64,000 nt of DNA. Source: Bacteroidia bacterium. GTDB taxonomy: Bacteria > Bacteroidota > Bacteroidia > Cytophagales > Cyclobacteriaceae. The number at the start of each line of letters is the position of its first letter. Position 1 is the first letter of the stretch. Both the position numbers and the translations under genes were made by a program. The notes under the pieces were generated by a model, which was not told where the DNA came from, did not search any database, and saw nothing but the letters and a program-made list of their open reading frames with translations. The stretch is from the NCBI GenBank assembly GCA_031382175.1, contig JANMYO010000048.1, positions 31,927 through 95,926 on the forward strand. Direction: 5' to 3'. Of the stretch, positions 28,512 to 40,695 are shown piece by piece.

Positions 28512-29471
28512 ATGGACAAATCCCCTTTGAATTCAAGCCTGCAAGAGCAATTAAATAAGCTACAACAAAAGTATGATGTCATGGGCCAGGATCTGTCTTC
28601 GTATCTGGATGGTCTCTTGCATTCTGACTACCTGACCTATTGGGATTACATCCATTTAGATACGCTCTTAAGTCTCCAGAACCCAAAGACACGCTTTCCC
28701 GATGAGAAAGTATTTATCATCTATCACCAGATCACGGAGCTATACTTTAAACTGATTCTGTTGGAGATTGAGCAAATCGCTGAAAGGCAAAACATAGAGG
28801 CTAAATTCTTCCTCGACCGCCTAACTCGTATGGTTCGCTATTTTCGTCAGCTCGAAAGTTCTTTCACGATTATGGTCGAAGGCTTGGAGAAAGAACAATT
28901 TCTAAAATTCAGAATGGCCTTGTTGCCTTCCAGCGGATTTCAATCTGCACAGTATCGGCTTATTGAGATTTGCGCTACCGATATGATTAATCTTGTTGAT
29001 GCCGGGGAGCGAGAGGCGATGGTGGAATACAGTGATCTCGATGCCCAACTTGAAAAATTGTATTGGAGAAGTGGAGCTACCGAGCTGTCGTCTGGGAAGA
29101 AAACATTGACCCTTAGACAGTTTGAGGAAAAGTATTTGCAACTATTTCTGGAAACAGGAATGAAGTATCGTGATAAAAATCTTAGAAAGATATACCTGAA
29201 AGATTTCAAGAATGTTCCTGAGATCATTGCCGGCTTGCGCGAGTTTGATCAACTCGCCAACGTATTGTGGCCACTGGCGCACTTAAAATCTGCCGGAAGG
29301 TATCTTCATAAAGATCCTGAAGATATCAAAGCAACCGGAGGTACGAATTGGCAGAAATACTTACCGCCACGTTTTCAAAAAAGGATGTTTTTTCCGGAGC
29401 TATGGTCTGAGCAAGAGAAAGCGGAGTGGGGTAAAACAGGCGTACTAAATGCACTGAAGGCTCATCATTAA
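28512..29471 (+). CDS. kynA: Tryptophan 2,3-dioxygenase family protein
   Basis: YWDYIHLDTLLSLQ, IIYHQITELYFKL and SGFQSAQYRLIE regions are typical of bacterial TDO. Confidence 0.7.
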   Translation: MDKSPLNSSLQEQLNKLQQKYDVMGQDLSSYLDGLLHSDYLTYWDYIHLDTLLSLQNPKTRFPDEKVFIIYHQITELYFKLILLEIEQIAERQNIEAKFFLDRLTRMVRYFRQLESSFTIMVEGLEKEQFLKFRMALLPSSGFQSAQYRLIEICATDMINLVDAGEREAMVEYSDLDAQLEKLYWRSGATELSSGKKTLTLRQFEEKYLQLFLETGMKYRDKNLRKIYLKDFKNVPEIIAGLREFDQLANVLWPLAHLKSAGRYLHKDPEDIKATGGTNWQKYLPPRFQKRMFFPELWSEQEKAEWGKTGVLNALKAHH

Positions 29472-29509
29472 TACCTATTTTATCATAACTTTGTTACTCT
29501 AACAATCTC

Positions 29510-31324
29510 ATGGTGAACAGGTTTCTGGTTGGTACACTCTTAACGATCCTACCGGGCTTTCTTCTCGGGCAGGGAATCACTCGCTCCACCTACCATGATG
29601 CTGCCAAAAAAAACCTTAAAGAAGTATTTCAGGTTCGGGATACAATTAATAACACGCTTCACGGCCGGTATATTTCTTATTTCCTCAACGGAAACATAGA
29701 ATCGAAAGGACAATTCATGAACAATGAAACCACTGGAGTTTGGCAGTTTTATTTTGAAACAGGTAACTTGAAAATGCGGGGCATCCTCCGTCAGAATTCA
29801 AACTATGGCTTATGGGAATACTTCTATGAGAACGGTTCTAAGAGTATGGAAGGAACCATCAACGGTAAAAACAAAGAGGGAGAATGGAAAATTTTTTATG
29901 AGAGCGGAAATTTAAAAGAAAGTGGAAACTACACAGAAAACAAACGCTCGGGTTTGTGGAAAACCTACTTTGAAGATGGCACACTGCGGGGGGAGATAGA
30001 GTATAGTGATGATCATGGGCGCTACATTGAATATTATCATTCAGGTAAAATTCTTGGCGAAGGCCCGAGGGCTGGAGCTCGTAACGTGGGACGTTGGAGA
30101 TTCTTTGCAGAAGATGGAACGCTGGAGGGCGAAGGAGACTACTCTGGCGGTAAGAAGAATGGAGAATGGAAATATTATTTTCCTTCTGGAAAAGTGACTT
30201 CTTCTGGCGTGTATGAGAATGATGAGCCAATTGGCAAATGGAATTATTATTTTGAAGATGGATCGCTAAGTTCAAGCGGGGAATTTGTAGGAGGAAAAAA
30301 GAATGGATATTGGAGTTCCTTCAACAAAGATGGTTCTAAGAAAAGTGAAACTACTTTTGATAAGGGCTCAGGAGAATATCGGGAATATTATTCAAGCGGA
30401 AAACTGAAAGCGAAAGGTCAAATAGTTGATGGAAAGAATCAAGGCCGATGGCAATACTTTTTTGAAGATGGAAAATTGGAAGGCGAATGTGAATTTGATC
30501 AGGGAAAAGGTACTTATTATGGTTATTATAGCACGGGTACAGTGCAAACCAAAGGTCAGATCGAAGATGATTTGAGAGTGGGTACGTGGGAGCTTTATGA
30601 ACAGGATGGGAAGCTATCGGGTTATTATAAACCCTTTTATGAAAATAGTGCTTTGGCCAATGAGATTGAATCATTAGCGAATAAGAGCACTGTTGTTGCC
30701 CCAAAGAAAGCCAAAGCTAAACCCACCGGTTTTACTTATTTCAAACCAAGAAACCCGGAATATCATGGGGTCATTCTTGGAGGAAATCCGATGATGGTAT
30801 TTCTTGGAAGTTTTCCTTTTGCTGTTGAATTTTATAATGAAGGCAGGCTTGGGCATGAATTTGTTTTTGAAGGCATCCGCGATCCTTTCTTTACATCAGA
30901 CGCTGATGTTGCTCAGGACAAAACATTTATGAGAGGTTACGCGATAGCCGTTCGCCAGAAATTTTATAACCCGCTCAAAACAGGGATGTGGTATTTCGCG
31001 CACGAAATCAGGTTTACCAATGTCGGATATTTTTCAAACGTATCCTTCCCTCAAGCGCCCTCAAGGGTCATCACCGCGAGTGCTTCTGAACAAAAAGCTG
31101 AATATGGAATTCTGCTGGGTGCTCGGCTGATGCAACGCAATGATGGAGATGGTTTTACAATGGATGCATTTGCAGGCTATGCTATAGGTTATAGATTGTT
31201 TGACGTTGAACCTATTTATAGCGAAGTATTTAGTACCGTTAATAACGACAATTTTTCTCAGACCTTTCGGTTTGGATTGAATATCGGTTATTCACTTTCA
31301 TTTGACGGACGAAGAAAGAGATAA
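29510..31324 (+). CDS. MORN-variant (YwqK-like) repeat protein with an unassigned ~200-aa C-terminal domain
   Basis: A signal peptide is followed by about 12 repeats of G.W..Y...G.L...G.Y..G...G.W. The C-terminal part is rich in aromatic-terminated strands and may be a beta-barrel. Confidence 0.6.
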   Translation: MVNRFLVGTLLTILPGFLLGQGITRSTYHDAAKKNLKEVFQVRDTINNTLHGRYISYFLNGNIESKGQFMNNETTGVWQFYFETGNLKMRGILRQNSNYGLWEYFYENGSKSMEGTINGKNKEGEWKIFYESGNLKESGNYTENKRSGLWKTYFEDGTLRGEIEYSDDHGRYIEYYHSGKILGEGPRAGARNVGRWRFFAEDGTLEGEGDYSGGKKNGEWKYYFPSGKVTSSGVYENDEPIGKWNYYFEDGSLSSSGEFVGGKKNGYWSSFNKDGSKKSETTFDKGSGEYREYYSSGKLKAKGQIVDGKNQGRWQYFFEDGKLEGECEFDQGKGTYYGYYSTGTVQTKGQIEDDLRVGTWELYEQDGKLSGYYKPFYENSALANEIESLANKSTVVAPKKAKAKPTGFTYFKPRNPEYHGVILGGNPMMVFLGSFPFAVEFYNEGRLGHEFVFEGIRDPFFTSDADVAQDKTFMRGYAIAVRQKFYNPLKTGMWYFAHEIRFTNVGYFSNVSFPQAPSRVITASASEQKAEYGILLGARLMQRNDGDGFTMDAFAGYAIGYRLFDVEPIYSEVFSTVNNDNFSQTFRFGLNIGYSLSFDGRRKR

Positions 31325-31364
31325 TCATTTTTTCAGATAACGTAAAGGATAAATACCTTTCATT

Positions 31365-32960
31365 TTGAGTACAATAGAAATTGATTTACCACCCGAAGAG
31401 GCATTTGAAGAGGTCATTTTTCAGCAAGCTATTTTTCAACGCCTGAAACTAAACCCAGCTGAGATTTATTTACATCCCTTGAGGAGATCCATTGATGCGC
31501 GTGGAAAAAAGGTACTTGTTAAATTCTCAGTCGAGCTTGTTCCTATTGATCAAAAAAAACCTCCTTTCACAAACATAAACTATCAGGATGTCACTAGTTC
31601 TGATAAAGTCATTATAGTAGGAGCTGGCCCTGCTGGATTGTTTGCTGCACTGCGTTTAATTGAAATGGGAATCAAACCGATCGTTATTGAACGAGGAAAG
31701 GATGTTCAATCCAGAAGAAGAGATATTGCGGCCCTTAATAAGGAGCATGTAGTTAATCCCGAATCCAACTATTGTTTTGGAGAAGGAGGTGCTGGAACCT
31801 ATTCGGACGGTAAACTCTATACGAGATCCAAAAAACGGGGTGATGTTAAAAGAATTTTAGAGATTCTTGTGGCGCATGGTGCTAAGGAAGAAATCCTTTA
31901 CGATGCACATCCTCATATTGGCACTAACAAGCTTCCGCAATTGGTTCAAGAATTACGGGAAAGTATTAAAAAAGCTGGCGGAGAAATTCATTTCAATACC
32001 AAAGTTACTGACTTCATTTTAAGAGGTGATGAGATGAAGGGCGTAAAGACAGCATCAGGAGATATCCTGGAAGCAGCAGCTATAATTTTGGCCACAGGAC
32101 ATTCAGCTCGAGATATTTTTTCATTGCTATCTGCAAAAGAGATTACCATTGAAGCTAAGCCATTTGCAGTAGGCGTTCGGGTAGAGCATCCTCAAAATCT
32201 AATTGATAAAATTCAATACCACTGCCCGACTGATCGGGGCCAATACCTTCCAGCCTCATCGTATGCACTAGTTCATCAGGCTACGATTGCAGGAAAAGAG
32301 AGAGGTGTCTTTTCATTTTGCATGTGCCCGGGAGGATTTATTGTACCGGCAGCAACAGCACCTGGAGAAATTGTAGTCAATGGCATGAGTCCGTCCCGTA
32401 GAGACTCTAAATATGCCAACTCAGGTATTGTTGTTGGTGTAGAAGCAAATGATTTCAAGACCTATTCGAAACATGGACCCTTGGCAGGGATGTATTTCCA
32501 AGCCGATATTGAAAGGAAGGCCTGCGAAATTGCTGGAGGGACGCAAAAAGCTCCTGCTCAACGTTTAATCGATTTTCTGGAGAATAAAAATTCTTCATCT
32601 CTGGTAGACACATCGTACCAACCGGGATTATTAAGCATAGAAATGAAGGAAGTTTTGCCAACGTTTGTGCACGAAGCATTACTTCAGGGATTTCGAAATT
32701 TTGGTCAGAAGATGAGAGGTTATCTTACGAACGAAGCACAGCTCGTTGGTGTTGAAAGTAGAACTTCATCTCCTGTAAAAGTACCAAGAGACAAGGAAAC
32801 ACTTGAGCACCCACAAATGAAAAGGCTATTTCCTTGTGGGGAAGGAGCAGGATATGCCGGAGGTATTGTATCGGCTGCGATGGACGGTGAGCGCTGCGCT
32901 GAAGCAGTTGTACAACAATATTTCAAGTCGTTCGCTGGGATTGAGAGAACAGGCGGATAA
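31365..32960 (+). CDS. NAD(P)/FAD-dependent oxidoreductase (COG2509-like)
   Basis: It has the dinucleotide fold VIIVGAGPAGLFAALRL and the C-terminal GEGAGYAGGIVSAAMDG. The start is TTG. Confidence 0.7.
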   Translation: MSTIEIDLPPEEAFEEVIFQQAIFQRLKLNPAEIYLHPLRRSIDARGKKVLVKFSVELVPIDQKKPPFTNINYQDVTSSDKVIIVGAGPAGLFAALRLIEMGIKPIVIERGKDVQSRRRDIAALNKEHVVNPESNYCFGEGGAGTYSDGKLYTRSKKRGDVKRILEILVAHGAKEEILYDAHPHIGTNKLPQLVQELRESIKKAGGEIHFNTKVTDFILRGDEMKGVKTASGDILEAAAIILATGHSARDIFSLLSAKEITIEAKPFAVGVRVEHPQNLIDKIQYHCPTDRGQYLPASSYALVHQATIAGKERGVFSFCMCPGGFIVPAATAPGEIVVNGMSPSRRDSKYANSGIVVGVEANDFKTYSKHGPLAGMYFQADIERKACEIAGGTQKAPAQRLIDFLENKNSSSLVDTSYQPGLLSIEMKEVLPTFVHEALLQGFRNFGQKMRGYLTNEAQLVGVESRTSSPVKVPRDKETLEHPQMKRLFPCGEGAGYAGGIVSAAMDGERCAEAVVQQYFKSFAGIERTGG

Positions 32961-32971
32961 AAATAATAAGA

Positions 32972-33337
32972 ATGAAAAAGACAGTAGTCATCGGTGCAAC
33001 GACAAATCCATCGCGGTATGCTTATATCGCTTCGGAGATGCTGACTGAATATAAACATGAAATTGTCCCCGTTGGAATTAAATCCGGAGAAGTTTTCGGT
33101 AAACAAATTTTGGATATTCGTAAGAAACCGGATGTGAAAGAAGTAGATACGGTTACGCTTTACATTGGACCTCAGCACCAGGAGGAATGGTATCAATATA
33201 TTCTTAGTTTAAATCCCAGGCGAATTATTTTTAATCCCGGAACTAAAAATCCTGAGTTTGAAAAGAAAGCTGAGGATTTGGGTATTGAAGTAATAGAAGG
33301 ATGCACGCTTGTTATGCTGCGGAGCAATCAATATTAA
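32972..33337 (+). CDS. CoA-binding domain protein (YccU-like)
   Basis: KKTVVIGATTNPSRYAY with a ~120-aa Rossmann-like fold. Confidence 0.65.
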   Translation: MKKTVVIGATTNPSRYAYIASEMLTEYKHEIVPVGIKSGEVFGKQILDIRKKPDVKEVDTVTLYIGPQHQEEWYQYILSLNPRRIIFNPGTKNPEFEKKAEDLGIEVIEGCTLVMLRSNQY

Positions 33338-33360
33338 GAATTTAAAAAAGAGGTGAGCTC

Positions 33361-33819
33361 TTACTTAGGGTATTTAGCGATAGCTCCAACGCAGACCACC
33401 TTCCATTTACCATCTTTCTTTTCCAGCACTCTTATTTGTGAAGTCTCGTCCCGGTCGATCTCATCATCCACCTTCTGAACAAAGCGAGCATAAGCGCCTG
33501 TACCATAGACTCTCACCTCTATCCATTCATTAGTGATTTTCGCTTTTGAAGGTTTCTGTGTTTTAAAATACTCATCAAATGTTTTGTTCAAAGCTTCCCA
33601 GCCTTCTACAAAGCTGGTACCTGTGGAATCAGAATAAGACCAATAGGAGTAAGGCGCCTGATGCCAGGTTTCTGCCCAGGTCTTCCGATCAACATTCATA
33701 AACGATTGTGTCTCCTTTGTGATAACCGCTTTTATAGCCTCTTTATCGACTTGCGCAGATGTAGTAATGTACACCAGCCAAAACAGACCGGTGAATGAAA
33801 AATACGATAGTGTTTTCAT
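33361..33819 (-). CDS. Secreted NTF2-like/SnoaL-like fold protein (hypothetical)
   Basis: It has a signal peptide and a size and pattern compatible with DUF4440/NTF2-like proteins. Confidence 0.4.
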   Translation of the reverse strand: MKTLSYFSFTGLFWLVYITTSAQVDKEAIKAVITKETQSFMNVDRKTWAETWHQAPYSYWSYSDSTGTSFVEGWEALNKTFDEYFKTQKPSKAKITNEWIEVRVYGTGAYARFVQKVDDEIDRDETSQIRVLEKKDGKWKVVCVGAIAKYPK

Positions 33820-34041
33820 GGCGTCTTGTTATTTGGTAAGCAATAGAAATTTAAAGAAAAATCCCGTAAATATGGGTAGATGATTGCCTTTTTTTTAAGA
33901 TTTGAATGAAAGCCTCGAAACTGGCCAAAGAATCAATTTCTATTCGATTTTTGCTTAGGAATTTATTAGAAGAATATGACAAAAATCATATTGATCTTCG
34001 GGGTTCAAGATTAGCTTTATGTAATAAACCAATGGCAATTT

Positions 34042-34995
34042 ATGTTAACCGATGAAAAACTAATCCGCTTTAAGGACCTTGTTGTGAGACCCAACAAAAA
34101 AATAAAACTCAAGGATTTTGATACTAAGTATGAAGGCAAGGCGCTCAATAAGCAAGAGGCTGAGCAAATTCTTGAAATGAGCCGCAAGCATTTAGCAGAA
34201 ATTCAAGATGAGCTTTATGCGCATAACAAGTATAGTGTACTCATTGTATTTCAGGCCATGGATGCGGCTGGAAAGGATGGAGCAGTGAAGCACATCATGT
34301 CAGGGTTTAATCCTTTGGGTGTAAAGGTTCATAGTTTCAAAGCTCCCAATTCACATGAATTAGATCACGATTATTTTTGGAGGCATGAATTAGCATTGCC
34401 TGCCCGGGGTGAGATTGCAATTCACAATCGCTCTCACTATGAAAATGTTCTTGTCACTCGTGTTCACCCAAGTTACATATTGGGAGAAAATATTCCTGGG
34501 ATCGATTCATTAAAGAAAATAGATAAAGGTTTTTGGGAGTCACGCTATAAGCAGATACGCAGATTTGAAAAGAACCTGACCGACAATGGCACAATCATTT
34601 TAAAATTCTTCCTCAACGTTTCCAAAAAAGAACAGAAGAAACGTTTCCTTGAGCGTATTGAAGATCCTACTAAAAACTGGAAATTCTCTTTAGGTGATTT
34701 GAAAGAGCGTGCGTATTGGGACCAGTATCAGGAAGCTTATCAGGAGGCTATTAGTGCCACATCAACAGAAAGCGCGCCATGGTTTGTAATTCCTGCCGAT
34801 GATAAGTGGTATGCCCGCCTGGCAATTGCTTCTGTGATTTATCATCAATTCAATAAGTTAGAGTTGGGCTATCCTGTAGTAAGTGAGGCACAAAAGGCGG
34901 AGCTGCAAAAAGCAAAAATCCAACTGTTGGGAGAAGACGGAGATAAAAAACCAAAAAAGAAGAAGTCAGGTAAACCCGTTGCTAAGAAAGCATAG
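34042..34995 (+). CDS. ppk2: Polyphosphate kinase 2 family protein (polyphosphate:nucleotide phosphotransferase)
   Basis: It has the Walker-A-like FQAMDAAGKDG, the HNRSHYE lid region, and PWFVIPADDKWYARL. Confidence 0.85.
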   Translation: MLTDEKLIRFKDLVVRPNKKIKLKDFDTKYEGKALNKQEAEQILEMSRKHLAEIQDELYAHNKYSVLIVFQAMDAAGKDGAVKHIMSGFNPLGVKVHSFKAPNSHELDHDYFWRHELALPARGEIAIHNRSHYENVLVTRVHPSYILGENIPGIDSLKKIDKGFWESRYKQIRRFEKNLTDNGTIILKFFLNVSKKEQKKRFLERIEDPTKNWKFSLGDLKERAYWDQYQEAYQEAISATSTESAPWFVIPADDKWYARLAIASVIYHQFNKLELGYPVVSEAQKAELQKAKIQLLGEDGDKKPKKKKSGKPVAKKA

Positions 34996-35279
34996 GGCTG
35001 GCATTCTGGCTATTGATTCTCTAGGTAGAGCTTAGCAAGGATTATACTTTGTTAAGCCCTATTCTATTTTGGCCCTTGAATATTCCCTTCCGGTTAGCTC
35101 GATTTTTTAAGCCTGAAGTGGTCTATTTTCATTCTTTATTGAGTCGATAAAACCGGGTTTTAAAACCTAATCCCTTTCCCATTTTCAACTAACCTTTTAG
35201 AGGGGATAAAACCGCTTTTTTGTACCAAAATTATAGGTTTTTTTGCCGCTGCAATAGCGATAGCTAGCCTAAAAAATAG

Positions 35280-37265
<1,986 letters not shown>

Positions 37266-37361
37266 CAGTAAGGATTTTCATCGACTTTGAATTCACAATA
37301 AGGTATACAGGAGACGTGACATTTTTTTAACTTGAGAGAATAGAAGTAAATCTGGTTTGAC

Positions 37362-39494
37362 ATGGAGAGCATTAATGAAGTTGTGGCGGCTGGTAATCCA
37401 ACAAAACAGATATTTGAGAGCAATTACATCAGCAGAGATTTAAGCTGGTTACAATTCAACTATCGGGTACTCGATCAGGCTAAACACATTGATCGGAGCA
37501 TCTTTGACCGCATCAAATTTCTTTGCATAACGGCTTCCAATTTAGATGAGTTCTGTACCATCCGCTTGGGAAGTCTTTACAACTACCTTGATTACGGTAA
37601 GGAACGATTTGACTATAGCGGCTTAAGAGAGGCTCCATTTAGGGATTACTTACTCTCACAAATACAAGAACTGGTTCATGAGCAACATGATTACTACCTT
37701 AAAAAATTAAAACCACTTTTCGAGAAGAATAACTTTAGCATTTGCGATTACAAATCGCTGTCTCCTGCCGATGCTGAAAAAGTTGATGGCTATTTTAAGA
37801 GAGTTATTTATCCCATGCTCACGCCCATGGTGTTTGATAACTACCATACCTTTCCGACACTAAAAAATAATCGTCTGCTTTTTGGGGTTGTCACCAAGGC
37901 TCCCAACGAAAATATCAATAACAGGAAAGCCTCATTTATTCAGGTACCGAGTAACATTCCCAGGTTCTATGAAATTTTGGGAATAGATGGTGTAATCAAT
38001 TTTGTTCCTATTGAAGAAATCATCAAGCATAACATTTACCAGCTTTTTCGAAACATTGAAATTGCGAGTGTTAATTTATTCCGAATCAATAGAAATGGAG
38101 ACTTCACACTCGAAGAGAGTGAAGATATTGAATCTAATTTTTTAGAAGAACTTAAGCGTAAATTACAAACGCGTAGGACGGGAAGAGTAGTTCGATTGGA
38201 GGTGCAGGGTGAACCCGATGAATGGATGATCCGGCAGCTTAAAATTCAGTGGGATCTGGATGACCAGAATATTATCCATGTTCCCGAGAGCAGTCTTGTG
38301 GATATCACCGGGTTAACGCAAATCATCAATCACGGAGAATTCAAAAGCAAACGATCTCAGCTTCGCCCTCCGGTGAAGCCATTGACGTTTCCAGAGCAAG
38401 GCACACGAGATCTTTTTGAAGTGCTTAAGGAAAGGGATATTTTACTTCATCACCCTTACAATTCCATGGAGCCGGTTCTTGAATTGTTGGAAAAGGCTGC
38501 GGATGATCCCTTCGTGCTTTCGATTAAGATAACCATCTATCGGGTAGCAAAAGAATCCAGAGTGACAGCGGCTCTTTTGAAAGCTGCTGAAGCTGGGAAG
38601 CATGTTTCTGTTTTGTTTGAAGTAAAGGCTCGCTTTGATGAAGAAAACAACCTGCGGGAAGCACAGCGATTGCAGAAGGCTGGATGTTTTGTTATCTACG
38701 GAGTGAATAGTCTGAAGACGCATACAAAACTTTTGCTCATTGTTCGCAATGAACCTGATAAAGTATATCGATATGTCCATCTTTCAAGTGGAAATTATAA
38801 TGAGACAACTTCCAGACTTTATACGGATATTGGACTACTAAGTACCAATGAGACTTATGCTAATGATGTGTCTGAATTTTTTAATGTCATTACAGGACAT
38901 TCACAACCAACGGCCTATCAAAATCTGATCACATCCCCCCGGGATATGCGGATTCAGCTTTGCAACCTGGTTCAGCGTGAAGCAGAGAATGCCAGAAATG
39001 GTATTCCTTCAGGAATTGTTATCAAACTTAATTCGATACAGGATAAAGAACTCATTGATAACCTTTATTTAGCTTCTCAGGCAGGTGTGAAAATCAAGCT
39101 AATTGTAAGGGGAATGTGTTGTGTTCGGCCGGGCCGGACCGGACTCAGCGAGAATATTGAGGTAATCTCAATTGTAGGAGAATACCTGGAGCACTCCCGT
39201 GTCTATTATTTTCATAATGCCGGTAATCCTAAAGTATATATAGGCAGCGCAGATGCCATGGTGAGAAGTTTTGACCGAAGAATTGAATCCTTGTTCCTGT
39301 TGGAGGCTGAAATGCTAAAGAAACAGACGATGAATATCTTGCGTTATAATCTACGGGATAACGTCAACGCTTATTCCATGAAGGAAGATGGCTCTTATGT
39401 GATTAAAGAATTAAACGGAGAACCCCCGTTTAATATTCAAAAGGAATTTTACTCAATTACACCCGAAAAAGTAGTGGATGTAAAGCTTTTTTAA
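37362..39494 (+). CDS. ppk1: Polyphosphate kinase 1
   Basis: RDLSWLQFNYRVL is at the N-terminus. The phospho-His region is KTHTKLLLIV, and two PLD-like C-terminal domains are present. Confidence 0.93.
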   Translation: MESINEVVAAGNPTKQIFESNYISRDLSWLQFNYRVLDQAKHIDRSIFDRIKFLCITASNLDEFCTIRLGSLYNYLDYGKERFDYSGLREAPFRDYLLSQIQELVHEQHDYYLKKLKPLFEKNNFSICDYKSLSPADAEKVDGYFKRVIYPMLTPMVFDNYHTFPTLKNNRLLFGVVTKAPNENINNRKASFIQVPSNIPRFYEILGIDGVINFVPIEEIIKHNIYQLFRNIEIASVNLFRINRNGDFTLEESEDIESNFLEELKRKLQTRRTGRVVRLEVQGEPDEWMIRQLKIQWDLDDQNIIHVPESSLVDITGLTQIINHGEFKSKRSQLRPPVKPLTFPEQGTRDLFEVLKERDILLHHPYNSMEPVLELLEKAADDPFVLSIKITIYRVAKESRVTAALLKAAEAGKHVSVLFEVKARFDEENNLREAQRLQKAGCFVIYGVNSLKTHTKLLLIVRNEPDKVYRYVHLSSGNYNETTSRLYTDIGLLSTNETYANDVSEFFNVITGHSQPTAYQNLITSPRDMRIQLCNLVQREAENARNGIPSGIVIKLNSIQDKELIDNLYLASQAGVKIKLIVRGMCCVRPGRTGLSENIEVISIVGEYLEHSRVYYFHNAGNPKVYIGSADAMVRSFDRRIESLFLLEAEMLKKQTMNILRYNLRDNVNAYSMKEDGSYVIKELNGEPPFNIQKEFYSITPEKVVDVKLF

Positions 39495-39497
39495 GGG

Positions 39498-40442
39498 CTA
39501 GGATTTTAGCCGAATGGTTTTCCTTCCTTGAGATTGATCTTCCTTATTAATAAACTCAACTTTTTTCTTCTTCGAATTCTGTTCAAAGAGATGGAGCATA
39601 ATTCCATCCTTAAGACCCACTTCGGGCACCAGGATGGACTTTGAATGTGCCCATTCCATTACTTTGATATAAATGTCGCTGGCAGGTATAATTACATCAG
39701 CACGATCGGGGTTCATCTGAAGCTTATAAATCCGATCTTCGATGGAGTAGCTCTCTACCATTTTTTTTATGTCCTTTACCATTTTCAGAGACATCTCCTT
39801 ACCGGTTTCTAGCTCAGACAGTTCAAATAGTTTACTGATGTTTCCACCCGTCCCTACTGAGGTCAACTTTCCATACGCTTCCTTCACATGATCTTTTATC
39901 CACTTCTCCATATCGCGCCACATCACAGGAGAGTCATGATGCTCCAGCACCCTTACAGAACCTATCTTAAATGAACGCGTCTTGATCTTTTTACCATGGG
40001 TGTAGAGATTCAATTCTGTACTACCACCACCTACATCAATGTGCAGATACGTTTTGTCCGTAAGGTAAGAGTGGATGGCTTTATTGATTAAATCCGCCTC
40101 TTGCTTGCCATCGATGATATTAATGGTGATTCCCAACTCGTCATGGACTTCCTTTGCCAGTTGCTCTCCATTTTCGGATTCACGCATGGCGGAAGTAGCA
40201 CAAAACATGTAATCATCTACCTCGTAAAGCTCAATGAGAAGCTTATAGGTCTTCATTAGCTTTTTAAACTTCTCTATGCTCTTAGGACTGATTCGGTTGG
40301 TTCCGAATACATCATGCCCTAATCGCAATGGAAAGCGCACATATTCCATCTTTTTGAACATGATGGTTGATCCATTGTCGAGAACTGAGGATACTTGAAA
40401 GCGAATGGCGTTAGAGCCTATATCAATGGCAGCGAGTTTCAA
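39498..40442 (-). CDS. ppx: Exopolyphosphatase (Ppx/GppA family)
   Basis: AAIDIGSNAIRF and HIDVGGGSTEL are ASKHA-fold phosphate loops. The gene is convergent with ppk1, 3 nt apart. Confidence 0.85.
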   Translation of the reverse strand: MKLAAIDIGSNAIRFQVSSVLDNGSTIMFKKMEYVRFPLRLGHDVFGTNRISPKSIEKFKKLMKTYKLLIELYEVDDYMFCATSAMRESENGEQLAKEVHDELGITINIIDGKQEADLINKAIHSYLTDKTYLHIDVGGGSTELNLYTHGKKIKTRSFKIGSVRVLEHHDSPVMWRDMEKWIKDHVKEAYGKLTSVGTGGNISKLFELSELETGKEMSLKMVKDIKKMVESYSIEDRIYKLQMNPDRADVIIPASDIYIKVMEWAHSKSILVPEVGLKDGIMLHLFEQNSKKKKVEFINKEDQSQGRKTIRLKS

Positions 40443-40530
40443 TGAGGAGTAGCGTTTAGTAGTTAACTATTAAACCTCAAAATAAGCACTTTGATTTTTT
40501 ATTTTACTATAAGATTGCGTTTCTTTGTGA

Positions 40531-40652
40531 TGCTTATCCAGAAAGACTGAGGGACAGGGCCCGTTGAAGTCTTAGCAACCTCCCCGATAGCTATCGGGGT
40601 ACTTGGTGCTAACTCCCTTTTCTTCTGAACCATCAGGAGGAAGAAGATGAGC
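40531..40652 (+). promoter_or_regulatory. SAM-I (S-box) riboswitch aptamer upstream of the metH modules
   Basis: The aptamer reads tgCTTATCcAGAaAG.ctGAGGGAc.GGGCCCgtTGAAG.....GCAACC-[P3 hairpin ccccgatagctatcgggg]-..GGTGCtAAcTCC-[P4]-GAAGATGAG. P1 forms between CTTATC and GATGAG. A near-consensus -7 box, TAAGATTG, lies at 40510-40517. Confidence 0.85.
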
Positions 40653-40669
40653 GGCCATTCTCTAAGGCT

Positions 40670-40684
40670 CTTTCTGGATAAGCA
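40670..40684 (+). promoter_or_regulatory. Expression-platform segment perfectly complementary to the 5-prime P1/P2 strand of the riboswitch
   Basis: ctttctggataagca is the exact reverse complement of tgcttatccagaaag (40531-40545). It ends 11 nt before the ATG at 40696. Confidence 0.7.
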
Positions 40685-40695
40685 CAGACTTAACA

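Noticed and set aside
32720-33196. 158-aa minus-strand ORF
   Set aside because: It overlaps the 3-prime end of the FAD oxidoreductase gene and the CoA-binding protein gene on the opposite strand, and has no recognisable features.
33985-34005. tRNA-like T-loop (ggggttcaagatt)
   Set aside because: The flanking bases do not form a T-stem or an acceptor stem. No cloverleaf could be built.
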